Assembly (NCBI GenBank): GCA_039621445.1
Contig: CP154954.1
Span: 19,826,642-19,890,641 of the forward strand
Length of the DNA stretch: 64,000 nt
Reading direction: 5' to 3'
From: Euglena gracilis
Taxonomy: Eukaryota
A program made the translations under genes and the position numbers. The notes beneath the pieces are model-generated. The model was not told the origin of the DNA. It searched no databases and saw only the letters and a list, made by a program, of their open reading frames with translations. This document shows positions 31,977-44,600 of this stretch, piece after piece (the stretch's first letter is position 1; each line of letters starts with the position of its first letter).

Positions 31977-34900
31977 ATGGCGATCGAGGATCCGTTGCAA
32001 GCGAAGCCAGAGGTGTGTTCCCGAAGCTTGGGACTCCATCACCTGGGGGGTCCTGAATGTTTTCTGTGTTTTGTATTGAACGCTCAAAAAAAAAGTAATG
32101 TGGAGGAGCAAAGAAAAACACACTCCTGACAAAAAATATTGAATGATAAAATTATTATTTTTCTGCAGTGGCCATGGGATGCTAGAGGGACAGTGTAGTG
32201 TTTGTGTTATTTGCAAGCTTTTTTTCACGGTTTCCTCCCATTTTTAAAGTTTTTTTTGCTGTATTTTCGTTGTTTATTGTTGCATTTTTCCCCATTTCTT
32301 TGTTTGCCCCAGTTTGCTGAAGTTTTTTTTGCAGTTTTTTTTGAAATTTTTGCAGCAAACCTAAAAGTTTTTTAAAGTTTTTTTGCAGGTTTTGCATTTC
32401 TTGGGGGCTTCTGTTGCATTTCTTTTTGGATTTTTCCATCTGCCCCTGTGCACATTGGTCCCGCCCTACTACTCCCTCCCCCCCCCTGTGCCCCAGGCCA
32501 CCCAGGCTGCGGGGGACGGCGCTGCCAAGGAGGGTGCCTCGTCCTCTGCCGGCTCGCCGTCCATCGCCTCGCGGGTGGCGCAGACCGCGGGCTTCTCCCC
32601 GAAGGTGCGCATCAACGACACGTTCGACGAGGTCGCCCCAAGGCGTGAGCCTGCCTGCCCCCCCCCCGCCGCCGCCCAAAGCCATTTCGCTCCTTCCACT
32701 CCAGTCATTCCGGTGCCGAAGGTCCAGTTCAGGTTCTTGGGACCCGTTCAGTCAGGGCTGAGTGGAAATGTTGGAAACCCAACGTGTTGTGGCTGACCCC
32801 TGCCACCCCAGTTCCGTCCATAGCGCCTCCACACCTGCCACCCTTTCCCGTTTTGTAGCCGCTCCGATTCTGGGGCTCAATTTTTTCTGTGCTTTCGATA
32901 TGATGATGATTTTTTTGCAATCCCCCCAGGAAAGCTATCATTTGCAAGAACTTGCCGGAGTCCCTTGGGTAATGGCCGATGTGTCATTGTGGAAAGCTGC
33001 CATCATACATCTCTCTAAGGTTTTGCGAACCCCCCCCGGGGGGGGGGGGCGGCTGCAGCCAGCCCCGATTTGGGCCCAGCCCAGCCGCAGCAGCACCCCC
33101 CCCCCGGGGGGGGTGCTGCTAGCCCAGCTAGCCAGCCCCTTTTTTGGGGGTCCAGCCCAAAATTTTTCGGCGCAAAGCGCCGAAATTTTTTGAAAAACTG
33201 TGTTCAAAAGTGGCCAAAAATGGGGTTTGGGGGGCGTTTGGGGCATTTTTGGGGGGTTTCAGATGCATCATTTTTTTCAAAACTGTGTTCTGCAGGTCAT
33301 TTTTGGGCATTTTTCCGATTTCAGTCCAGCTCGCCCCGGTTCGGGTCCAGCCGGGGCCCAGCCCCCCCCCCCCGGGGGGGTGGGCTAGCCAGCCCAAATT
33401 TCTAGCCAGCCCAAATTTCTAGCCCTAGCCCAGCACCCCCCCGGGGTCCTTAAAGAGATGTATGGCTGCCATCCTGATGACCATCTTGATGGTCGGTGAA
33501 TGGCAAGGAGGGCAATATCAGAAATTTTGGGGAAATGTCCAACAAATTTGAAGCTGATAAGATTTGCTGTCTGGACCAATTTTTAAAGCCATCACGTTCA
33601 GTTTTCTCATCACCGGTCACTTTTTTTAAATAAAAAAAGGTCGTGCAGCTTATTTCTCCACAGGCACTGTATTGAATGGGAAGTATGGTAGTGACCATTT
33701 GACGAGACGAGGATGTAATGTCCCAAAAGGCGTTAAAACGTTGGAATGGAACCCAAGCAAGGGACTCGTGTGCAAGGGGCAAGTGTTTTTTTCCCCAACA
33801 AAGAATACAGACCGATGAAGCCCAATTATAAAGCAAAAGGTCCATTCCAAATTGTTAATTGCTATGACCAAAAGATCAAAGGCAAGGCAGTTTGCCAGAA
33901 CAGGGATTGGCATACATCCCAAGTTCTGGTGGAGGGTGGACCACGCCCACGGACACCCATCCGGCTGTGCACTGCCACTGCACTCCGGCCAGGAGACCCC
34001 GGCTAACTTCCACCATCAGATCAGGATCATAACGGGCCAGCCCAACCAAGAACATTGTTGGCTGAAAAAAGGGTTGGACGTTCCAGCTGGGTCCATTTGG
34101 GTATTTCCATTTGAGTTGCTGGACAGTGGCCGTTCTTTTTTTTGTCTTGGAGGGCGCCAAAATGGGCCAAAAATGAGCAATGGGTCCTGAGCCCAAATTT
34201 TTGGTCAAAAAATTGGTTTCTTGCCGAAATGGCAGTTTTTTTTGGTGTATTTCCAGTTTCGATTTCCTCATACCTGGTTCAACCCCAGCTCAGGTGGTGT
34301 TCAGCCGGGAGATTCCCGTGAGCCACCGGCTTGGGGGGGGGGTCCAAGGCTGGAAAAAGGCTGCTGGTTGGCTGGACCTCCCCTCCCCCCGTGGCCGTGG
34401 GGTCCACTTTTCTTTAAGCAACGTCCTGGCCCTAACAAGCCGCCAGCACAGTTGAGCCGAGCGACTCCCCCTGCCCCCGTCTTTCCGCATCGCAGCCACT
34501 CGCTGGACGTGGCCGAGCCAGTGCCGGAGTCGCAGCTGAAGCGCCGCTGGCGCAGCACCCCCAAGAAGACGGTGGCGGTCAGCGCCATGATGCTGCTCGT
34601 TGGTCCGCTGCCCCAATACTGTTCTGTGCCCCTCCGCTTTGCCTGCATATGCAACCTTGGGTGACCTCGAGCCGGATGGCTGAGCCAAAGCACCTGCGAT
34701 GGGAGGTCCTCCCAGAAGTGGATCAGCATGCATCCCACAGCCTGCATCTGAGCCTGGATGCCTGATTCCCACAGGAAGGACACGCTTTCTGATGCATCTG
34801 AATTCCATTTTTCCCTCGATGGTCGTGGTCAATTGAGATGATAGTTTGGAACACACCGCATTTGTCGAAATCCGTGACAAATGATATGATGCACGTTTTT

Positions 34901-36180
34901 TTTTCAAATCACACATGCAAGAACACGTTGTTTCCATCGGGGATTGGACGGAGATACCTTTCGATTTGCCTGCAGGTACTTCGTTCCTGGTGGGTGGCCT
35001 GGCCTGCCTGTTTGCATGCGATGAGAAGGGCAAAGGAGGCGCCTACTCTGGGCTTGGTGTGCCGTGTTGCTTTTTTTTTTGCATGCAAAAATGTAGGTTG
35101 GTTGCCCCGTGGCCTTTCAGCGCACTCCTGGTCAGGCAGATACAGGCAGTATCTTCCAAGCTGTCGGAATGGTGTGGCTTCAAGCGGAAAAGCCCGAACT
35201 GGGAGAGTTGGGGGCTCTTCTGATGAGCAGTAAGTTGGACGAGGACAATAAGCAGTTTGCACCATCCCGCAATCTTGAGAGGGTCATCATGAACAGAGCA
35301 GCAGAGCATTTTTTTGAGTTTGAGAATTTGTTTGAAAGTTCCATTGGGCACCATTTGGGCAGCATGCAAAGCACCTGGTGTTGTCGGCTCGTTCAATCTA
35401 TGACTCTTAGGATGTGTTTCATTGAAGTTTGGTGTCCGCAACTTCTGTTTGTAATCATCGGGGGTGGGGGGTGGGTCTGGGGCTGGAGCCCCAGGGGGGG
35501 GGGATCCCAGGACGGTGGCCCAGGCTTAGATTTCGGCGCTTTGCACCGAAATTTTTTTGGAAATGCCCTTACCAGCCCGATTTTTTGGGGGGCCGGGGGG
35601 GGGTTCCCTTGCCAAGCTGGGTGGGGGGAGCCTTAAAAAAAAAAGCCTCGCGCTCATGTCATTGTCCAGTTTACAATAGCCACCGGGGAGTTGCTTAAGC
35701 TGAAGGACACCCCATCTCTGGGGGGTCCAGCCAGCCAGCCAGCAGCCTTTTCCACCCTCCCCCCATCGACAAGTTACCCATTTATTTTCCAGCCACCCGA
35801 AGTGCCGCCCGAAGTAACGGTGGTGCCAAAAATTGGCCTAAATGATATCATTTTTTTTGCAGTTTTGGGGTAATTTTGCAGTTCCGTTTTTTTTTTCCTT
35901 TTTGGTGCCTGGTTTGTTCCTGGGTTCAACCCTGTGGGGGGGGGGGCAGCCCCCATATTCCAGCCCCTCAGCTCGACCCCCCCCCCGCAGGGGGGGTGGT
36001 TAAGTGACGCTCTGATTGTCGCCCGACCCGGTCACACGCAGCACCCGACCCAGGTCATGCCCTCCCCATCCCGCAGGGGGGCTCCTGCTGCTGCCCGGCT
36101 GCTACAGCGGCTTCATCCTGCTGCAGTACCTGCGGGGCGTGCCGGGCTTCTCCCCCAACCAGCTGCCGCACTTCGAGTGA
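31977..36180 (+). CDS. TMEM230/TMEM134 (DUF872)-like small membrane protein
   Basis: Exons: ATG 31977-32012; ~32497-32642; 32812-32849; 33924-33963; 34496-34602; 34976-35056; 36077-36180 (TGA). All joins are in frame at GT/GC-AG. The C-terminus ...PKKTVAVSAMMLLVGTSFLVGGL...LGGLLLLPGCYSGFILLQYLRGVPGFSPNQLPHFE resembles the family's two TM helices plus PG-x-Y...G-x-x-GFS...P-x-F tail. Confidence 0.8.
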
Positions 36181-36663
36181 AGCTGACTGGCCGGGGCACG
36201 CCGCCCGTGCCCCGCCACTCACCCTCCGCGCTGATACGCTTGCGGCGCTCATTGTTGTATTTCTTACCCCCCTCGACTGGGGACAATGCATCCGCTTTGC
36301 CTGGGATGGGCTGGCCAGCTGGCTGAATTTTGAGGCGAGGTCGACCCCACCCCAGGGGGGGGGGGTCGACTGGGCAGGCACCCAGATCTGGGGGCGCAGG
36401 GTTGGGCATATGGCCGATAGTGCCTGGGCTTTGGGCACTTTTTTTGCCCCCACAACCAGGCAGTCACCGACCCGGGGGGGGGGGGTTCCTGCCTGCCGAG
36501 GCACCCCAGGGCACTCGGAGGTTGACCAAATTCCCTGCTGGCCAACAGAGTGGTGAAGATTTGTGGGGTGTTGTCCAGTGTGTTTGGGGGGCACAGTATG
36601 TGTTTGTGTGTGTGTGTGTGTTTCTCTCTGTGTGTGTAGTGTGTGTGGTGTGTGTGTGTGTGT

Positions 36664-36707
<44 letters not shown>

Positions 36708-37676
36708 GTGTGGTGTGGTATGTGTGTGCTTGCATGCGTGGGTGGGTGGATGGGTTTGTGGGTGAGGAGGTGGGTGTGCGTGCTGGGTGCTGGGTAGATT
36801 TATTGTGTCCCCAGGAATGTTCATTTGAGGTTGTTCGCTCGAAGGACGCATGCAGAGATGCACGCCCCCCTCTATGGGTGCCAAGCAATAGGCCAAGTGG
36901 ATTATTTTGGCAAAGTGGTATAAAATGAGCACACTTCAGGCTTCACTGTCAGTGCTCAATTGGCACCCTCCATCCCAAGCACCCAGCTTGCCCCAGGCTG
37001 GATCATGTGTACATTGACCCCCCCCCCCCCCCCGCACCCCTTCCCTCCCTTCCATCCACCCCCTGTTGGGCTGGCCCTCCCCCACCATGCAGCCTCCCCT
37101 CTCCCCGACCCCAGCGGCTGGGCCGCCGTGCGCTTTGCGACACAGCGTCACAGACTCGATACGTACTCCTTGTAGGCCATGCCATTCCCGAGTTGTATAA
37201 GATGCCGCTTACAAAAATAACAGGGTTCACAAAGTTTCTTCCCACTTGTAAACCGCCCTTTAAGGGGAAAAGGCCCTTAGGTCTAAGTGCCAGCCAAGGG
37301 CCGGACTGGGGCTCGAACGGGGTCGAAATGAAAAGGCTGGAAAAAAACACATTTTTTTGACATTTTGGGCTGATGGGCATTGATCCAAGGATGCCAGAAC
37401 CACAGAGTTTTTTTTTTGCACCGAAGTTGACCTGTTTTCGCCAAAATTGGTAATTTTTGCCCAAATTGGTCGGCATATCGAGGCCATCACCCCATCAGCC
37501 CACGTTGACAGGGGTTGTTAATTTGTATTGTTCAAAGTTGGGGTCCAATGCCACTCACTGCAGTGTGAGCCGCCTCGTCCCCTTACCTGAGGCTTGGTTT
37601 GATTCGCAGTCCAAAAGGGGTGAAGAAATGGAAAAACCCTGCTCGCATAAAATTGGCCTGAATTTTGCACAGCGTG

Positions 37677-37790
37677 CTGCAGCAGAGCTGGCTGGGGCAC
37701 TGCTGCGTGGGGCAGGGCCATGCCAGTGTGCACAAACCATCACCACATCCCATGGGCTGGCAGAGGCTTTGGGGCTGGGGGTTGGGTATG
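37677..37790 (+). repeat. Dispersed ~100-bp repeat (copies ~60050-60145 on -, ~60778-60855 on +)
   Basis: Shared core gccagtgtgcacaaaccatcac...atgggctggcagag. Confidence 0.7.
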
Positions 37791-37888
37791 ACCCACAAAA
37801 TTCTCAGGTGTCCCACTATTTAGTTTCCCTACTGTGCGATATTTTCAGAGGGTAATTCCCCAATGGAGTGTTCATGGCCTGAATTGAG

Positions 37889-38304
37889 TACCCCCCCCTA
37901 TGCCCAACGACCCCCCTATGTCCAATGACCACCCCCCCGGTCAGAGGACACCTTTTCGGAGGTTTGACCAAATTTTTGGTCCCGGCGTGAAGCGCCGGGA
38001 CGAAAAATTTTGCCCAAAAATTGGCCCAAAATTTGGCCAAAATGCCAATTTTGACACTTTTTGGACAAAAAATTGTCAAAATTGCCCAAAATTTTCGGCG
38101 CGAAGCGCCGGAAGGGAAAATTTGGGCATTTTTGGGTGGGTAGGGACCCGGGTTCCCACCAACTTTCTTTTGACCCCATGTCCAACGACCACCCCCCGGT
38201 CAGAGGACACCTTTTTGGTCACTACCCTATGTCCAATGACCACCCCCCCCCCCCCCGGTCAGAGGACAGAGGTTACCGGTCATTGGACATAGGGGGGGGG
38301 GGTA
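37889..38304. mobile_element. MITE-like TIR element with internal tgtccaatgaccacc repeats
   Basis: Termini tacccccccctatgcccaa / ttggacatagggggggggggta. No clear TSD. Confidence 0.7.
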
Positions 38305-38644
38305 ATGAAGTTAATGAAGCCCTCAAGAGTTGAACTTTGACCGATGCTACGTCGCTAGTTAGTGGTTGTGCATGCATTTTTGTCGGGGGAGGGGGTATGG
38401 TGATTGAATTGATCTAAAGTGGAGTGAATTCATGGACCTAAATTTAAGGGTTCAAATCAAGGATTTTTCTTAGCAACAAGATTTTTTACAGATGTGTTGG
38501 GGAATGTTTTTTTTATTTCAGAAGCATAGGAAAGATGGACCAACATTTGTCAGGACCAGTTTTATTATCTTCCTCCACTTTACTCTTTTCACTCTTTTGC
38601 AGGCCGTTTTTTTCACCTGCGCCACCTTCGCCATGCGCTGAGCT

Positions 38645-41600
38645 ATGCCGGTATGTGTTCATTACTGGTGTCGTCTTTTTCGGTGCATCTCTCAAGCGTT
38701 GGAATTTTTTTAAAGTCTGGAAAGCTCCAAATATCAATGATTTGTGCAGCTGATATCCAGCACTCTTAAGGAGGGATCTTGCCAGGATGTTTATGTGTCC
38801 TCGTTGCTTGCACAGGGGAAGAAGAAGGGAGCGAAGATGTCCTTGGGCGATTTCCTGGGCCCCCCGCAGCCAACGGTGTGTAGAACAGCCCATCACTGAA
38901 CTTGTGGTGACTGAAGATGGTTGGATGGAATGGCACGACAGCAAGAATCTGCTCCCTCCCACCTCAACCAATGTCGAACTCGGGCAGTAGCAGTAGCTGA
39001 TCCTTTCAAGAACCCTGGGTATGGAAAAATGAGAGCACATGTGCGGGTTTTATTCCACAGGAATAGGTGGCGCCGTTGAGAACAAACATCTCTGAGAAAT
39101 TCATCTGCAAAATGGCCTTAAATGTTAATTAAGAAATTAAATGTTAATGTTGATGTCAAATGTTAATTAAAAAGGCAAAAAATGCCATACGTGCAGCCTG
39201 CCAAGTTTATTTAAAAGCAAATTGTCTTCATCAAATCATCTTTGTTACCTGAACTTGAAGCCCCATGGCTTACGATGGGTATCCTGGTTGACCGGGGGGG
39301 GGGGGGGTCAGGGCCCCCTTTTTCCAGGAAGCAGCCGGGACCGCCAAAAAGCCCAAGTTTTTCCCAGCGCTTTTCATCCCAAATTTTATCTTTTGGGGGG
39401 CAAACATTTTGCTATAAAAATAGTTCTCCAACCGCATTTTTGTCCATTTTGGATTCAACATTTTTCAGCTGGGCGTTTCAAACTAAACCAGAATGAAAAT
39501 TGGGTCATTTTGGCGATGTCACTGTTTAGCTGGTGGATGGAATATTGGAGCTCCCCACTTGACCACGCCAAACCCTGTTCGCACCACAGGAGCATTCCGT
39601 TGAGGTCGAAGAGGCTCCCCTTTCGGCAGACCCGCTGCTGAAGTACAGCTCCTACTTCACCAACGAAGGAGGTATGGGCAAACCTTTCCGTCCGATCCCA
39701 ATTGGTTGAAGGTTGGAACAAAAGGTGGGTTTCTCTGAAGACATCTACTGTTGGCCAGATGACAATGGCAATGATGATGTGTGCCGCTTGCGGTTCCACA
39801 TAGTTTTCGCATATTTTCAAGTGAACGTTCTTCCACAAATCCGCAATTGACCTCCCAGAAAAATCGACCCAAGAAGCTTTTTCAAGGGTTGGTATCTCCC
39901 CCCCGAAAATTCTTTTCTGCCAACCAGTTTGTGACAACAGCACCAGAATCAAATACCTTTTCCCACATGGCTGAAACAAGATGTGATCAAACCGTTTCTT
40001 AAGGAACCCGAGGGGGGGGGTCCACTGGCTGGCCATTTGCTAGACACTGGTGAAAATGGCCAAACTAGACCCCCCTTCCCAATCCAATCCGAGGTCCCCC
40101 CCCTGACTGAAAAAAAAAACTCCTCCAGCACGGCGCACTGAGGTGAAATGAGGACTTAATGTGTTTCTTTTTTGGCTGATTCTGTTCAAAAAAAAATTCC
40201 AAAATGGCCAAAAATGGGCATTTTGGCTATTTTGGAGGTCAGAAAATTTTCCAGCATTTCGCACTGGAAGAAAATTATCCACTAGCTAGCCCTGCTAACG
40301 GACTCCTCCCCCCGGGTTCACTGGGATCCCCACTAGCCAAATTTCTACTAGCTGCAGTCCAGCCCATCCCCCCGGGAGGGTAAACCCCCCCCCCAAATAA
40401 CACACCCCCCCGGTGTGTTATTTGGGCACCCGAACTGGGGCCCCAGGGGGGGGTGTGTTATTTGGGGGGAGTGTCATTTTTACATGGAAAACCAAAGGAA
40501 AACAGGGGGGGTGTGTTATTTGGGCGCTCGAAATCGGCCCCCGAGGGGGGGTGTGTTATTTGGGGGGGGGGGTGTGTTATTTGGGGGGGGGTGTTATTTG
40601 GGGGGGGGGTTTACTGCATACCTTTCAGCAAATGCCTGGATGTGACCCTCCCAAGGTTTGCCAAGGTCTCTGAAGATATGTCTTTGAAAAATTGCAGTGA
40701 GCAAAGTCATGTAGCTGTGTCTCTCACATGCATGTGGAACTTCAACGTATGAGAGAGCCTAACACTTCAAAAAAGAGCGAAGTGGGTGCCACGAAGGGGG
40801 TGGCAATATCCCCCCAGGGCCAAGGATGGCCTCCTCGCCCTCCAAAATCAGAACGGGGAGGCAAATGGTGCCCGGAACGTGGGTGCAGTGGAGCGGTGGT
40901 GCACTCGGTGGGCATTCACCCCTGCGGAACTCCAGTGCCTTCCCCAGTGTGCCGATTCCAAATCAGGGGCAACGTCGGCTGGGCTCTTCCGGGGAACTCA
41001 ATTGTGCAGCCAACTTACAATGACCCATCTCTTGCCTTTTGTATTCGCTGGTCTGTCTGGAGACAGTTTCCCAGGAGCGATGTGTCCAAAATTTTGCTGC
41101 AGGCGATTTCGAAATTTCCTGCACTGTCTCGGGTTTTATTTAACAAGGTGTCCGCTTTCAGCACTCCCGATGACCCGACCCCTGGTGCCCTCAACATCGT
41201 CGTGGTCGTGGGGGTGGAGGCCCGCGTTCTTTAGGGCACCCAGATGGGGGTTTTGTCGACATTCTTTTTTGTGAGTGCTGTCATTTTTAGGGTGAGGATA
41301 TTGTTTGGATAGGGATCAGGGTGAGGGTCTGCCGTCAGGAAAGAAGTGGATCGAAATCAGGTGGAAGGTTTGGCCTGATATAGAATTTATAGACACCTAA
41401 ATTTACGCACCTATTCAAGGTCCAACAGTTTTGATCTTAACCTATTCCATACCATAATCCGAACCTTACCTCTCAGAAATGACCCAAATTCTAATCCAGC
41501 AAGGAGGATGGCAAATTTGGGTTTGTGGCAGTATTTTAGGGCTGCCAGTTTTCATCAAAATCCATCGATGGGAGTGGTGAACAATTAACGGGGTTATTTT

Positions 41601-44600
41601 GTGTGATGTTAGCGTGTTTTTTGGACAAAGGTGCGGGAAGGTGACCTTTTTTTGCAAAGTTATTGTAATCGCCCATCAGGTCTCGGTGGAGATTTTGCAA
41701 ATGTCGGTTTGCAAAGGATTCCTCAAAGGATTTGCTGGAAGCATCAACAGAATTAGGTCGGCTTTGTTTGGCAGTATTCCAATCGTGTAAGGGTCCCGGC
41801 ACATCCTTCTTTTCACATTGAATGCATAAATTGGGGTGCCTCTCCATGCAGACTGCCACGGCTACTATGCCGGAGATGAGCTGTGGGACGAGGCTTTCTC
41901 TTCAACCCATCAGAGGCACACACACACACACACACAGACACACATACACACACACACACACCAATGTTTCATGATTCTGGGCCATGGCCCCCAGAGACCC
42001 CATCTTTTTGGCCGTGGGGTGTTCGCCTGCCGACCACTGGGCCGGGTTCGACCTGAGGGTGTGCCTCCCTTGGCCCCCGAAGCTTCCGGTCCACCCCCTG
42101 TCGCCCACTGGTCTGGGCCATCACGGCATTCACGTCAAACCCGGGCGAGGCCACCCACCCACCCCACTGGGCCAAGGCCTCCGGGGGACAAGCTGGTGCA
42201 GGACCAGGACTGGACCCGGGTGACGGCGATGTACAACCACATCGCGCTCATCTTCGAGCGGGACCGGGAGCGGAGCACGAGCGTGGGCCGCTGGGGTGTG
42301 CCCCATGTGCGGCGGAGCGGCGCGAATTTGTTTTTGCCCGGGCAGCGTCGGAGGTGCAACACAGGGGGTCCAACTGAGGGCACAAGACAAACATTAACTC
42401 AACCGAGTTCTTGTGACCCAGATTTTCAGCAATAAACTCCAAGAATAATTGTGTGGGATTTGAAATTTCGGCAATGTTCATAGCCGAAATGGAATTTGCC
42501 TTGGGATCCTACCACACTTCACCAATCGTCTCAACAAGAATTTCGGAGTTAAAAAGTGCATTGCCCATGGATTTGGCAGCCATGTTGGTTTTGGTTTAAA
42601 TCTGGTGCTTTTGGTGCTTCCATCTGATCGGCTGCCGCAGGAACCCACCCGACGTTCATGCAGCTGCTGTTGAAGCTCTGGGAGAGGTATGTTGCTGGTT
42701 TCTCACTTGTCCTTCCAGTCGGCAATTTATGGGTCGATGCCCACCCATTTTTTTTGCCTTTACTGGCCGTGTGGGTCGTTGCAGTGCCGTTGATTCTGCT
42801 CGCTTTTCGACCTTGCGACGTTATTTGCCCCTGGAATTCTGTTCGATTCTGTGCCCTCTGGGATGGCAGAATTGGCTGATTTGGCGACGCTTATGATCAC
42901 CCCAAAGCTCCCTTCCAGACCCGAGTTATCCAGCCAGCCAGCAAGGCTCTAAATTGGATGAACTTGCCAATCCCCCCAACTTTCAACACTGCCATTTCGC
43001 CAAGGCGAGTTCTTGGTTCCAAAATATGCCGAAGTGAGTGTTTGGGTTGAAAAAAAATATGTTGCAAAAGTATCTCGAAAACTTACCCCCAAATGGAGGT
43101 GTTTCGTAAAGCAGGGATCCAATGGCTCGCAATTTTTCTCCCGCAAATGGGGTTGTGCTCAAGGTGATAATCCGCGGTTATCATTCCCTATCTGACCCAG
43201 GGGGGTCGAGCGCCAGGAGGGCGTCCTCCTTTTTCCGGGTGGTGAGGTTTCTCTTACCATAAAGAGATGAGAAAAGCGCAGCAAAGACCCCCTAAAAGTG
43301 TCTTAATCTCCCCAAACATCCAAAGGGAAATGTGTTGCCATTGTTTTCGCATTTTTGTGCTTTTTTTGTGCATTTTTCGAACTTTCCAAAAAATGTTCAT
43401 TTCTGCGCATTTATCGCATTTTTTTGCACTTTTTTTTGATTTCTTTCAGCGCATTTTTTTTTTGCCATTTTGGCACATTTTTTTGTGATTTACCCAGTAT
43501 TTCGCATTTTTGACCATTTTATAATTTTTTTCGATATTTTTTGAAACTGATATTTTCTTTATAATTCCATATAATTCCCGTAAATTTGTTGCCATTTTTT
43601 GCATGTTTTGGGGTAATTTTGCATTTTTTTTCCCCTCCAGATTTTGCAGATTTTGCATATTTTTGCGCTTTTTTGCACACTTTGCGCATTTTTTTTTTGC
43701 GGGGCTGGGCTAGCGCATCCACCTCCCCCCCCCCTGAACCAGGGGTTTTTTCCAGTCGTGGACCCCCAGGGGGGGGTAGGGTGGGTGGGTCCGGCCGAGC
43801 CCCCCCCCCCGGGGGGGGTCCCCCGGAGGGTTGTGGGATATACTTTTCGGCGCCAAAGGCGCCGAAAAAGTGCTATTTTAGCACTTTTCGCGATTTTCGG
43901 CCATTTTTTGTGGGTACCCCGGGGGGGCCCCCCTCCCCCCCCCCCGGTCTTAAAAAAACCCCTGCCCTGAACGTCCTGATTTTTTGAATTTTCGGGAAAA
44001 TTTGCCATTTTTATGTGTTCAACGATGTATCCTAATTTTTGAGACATATTCTTTTCACAGTGCACGATCCTGGTTTTGCGGCTTATTTTGGACCCTCCCA
44101 CCAGAAAAAATTTTGGGCCAAAATTTTCAGCGAAAATCCCAAAAGGGTGACCCTCCTTGTGATTTTCAGCAACTGACCCAAAAGGTCTAATTTCGGGGTG
44201 GGGTTTACAGGAGATCCCACAGGTTTCTTTTTTTCCCTTCTGAAGATGGACGTTTCGTTGTTGATATTGTTATTGCACAAAAGAAGGGTGCAAAGAAGAA
44301 CATATTAAATGCAATGTTGTGAACCCGCGATGCTTGTTTTTTTGCTTTCTTTTCTCCCGCGCAGACTACGTTGGATGCTGGACCAAGGGGTCCTCACCCC
44401 CGAGTGCAAGCAAGCCAGTCGTCGGCTGTTCGACGCGGTGTGCTCCACAACCCAGACCGAAAGGAACGCCCCGAGCGTGCGAGGCACTTTTGTGTTTATC
44501 CAGAGGAAGAAAGGGTCGAAGCCAGTGCAGCGCCTCCGCCAGACGGGACCCCAGCCAGTCCAGCCAGCTAGTTGCGTTTTTCAAGCCCTGGACGCCCTCC

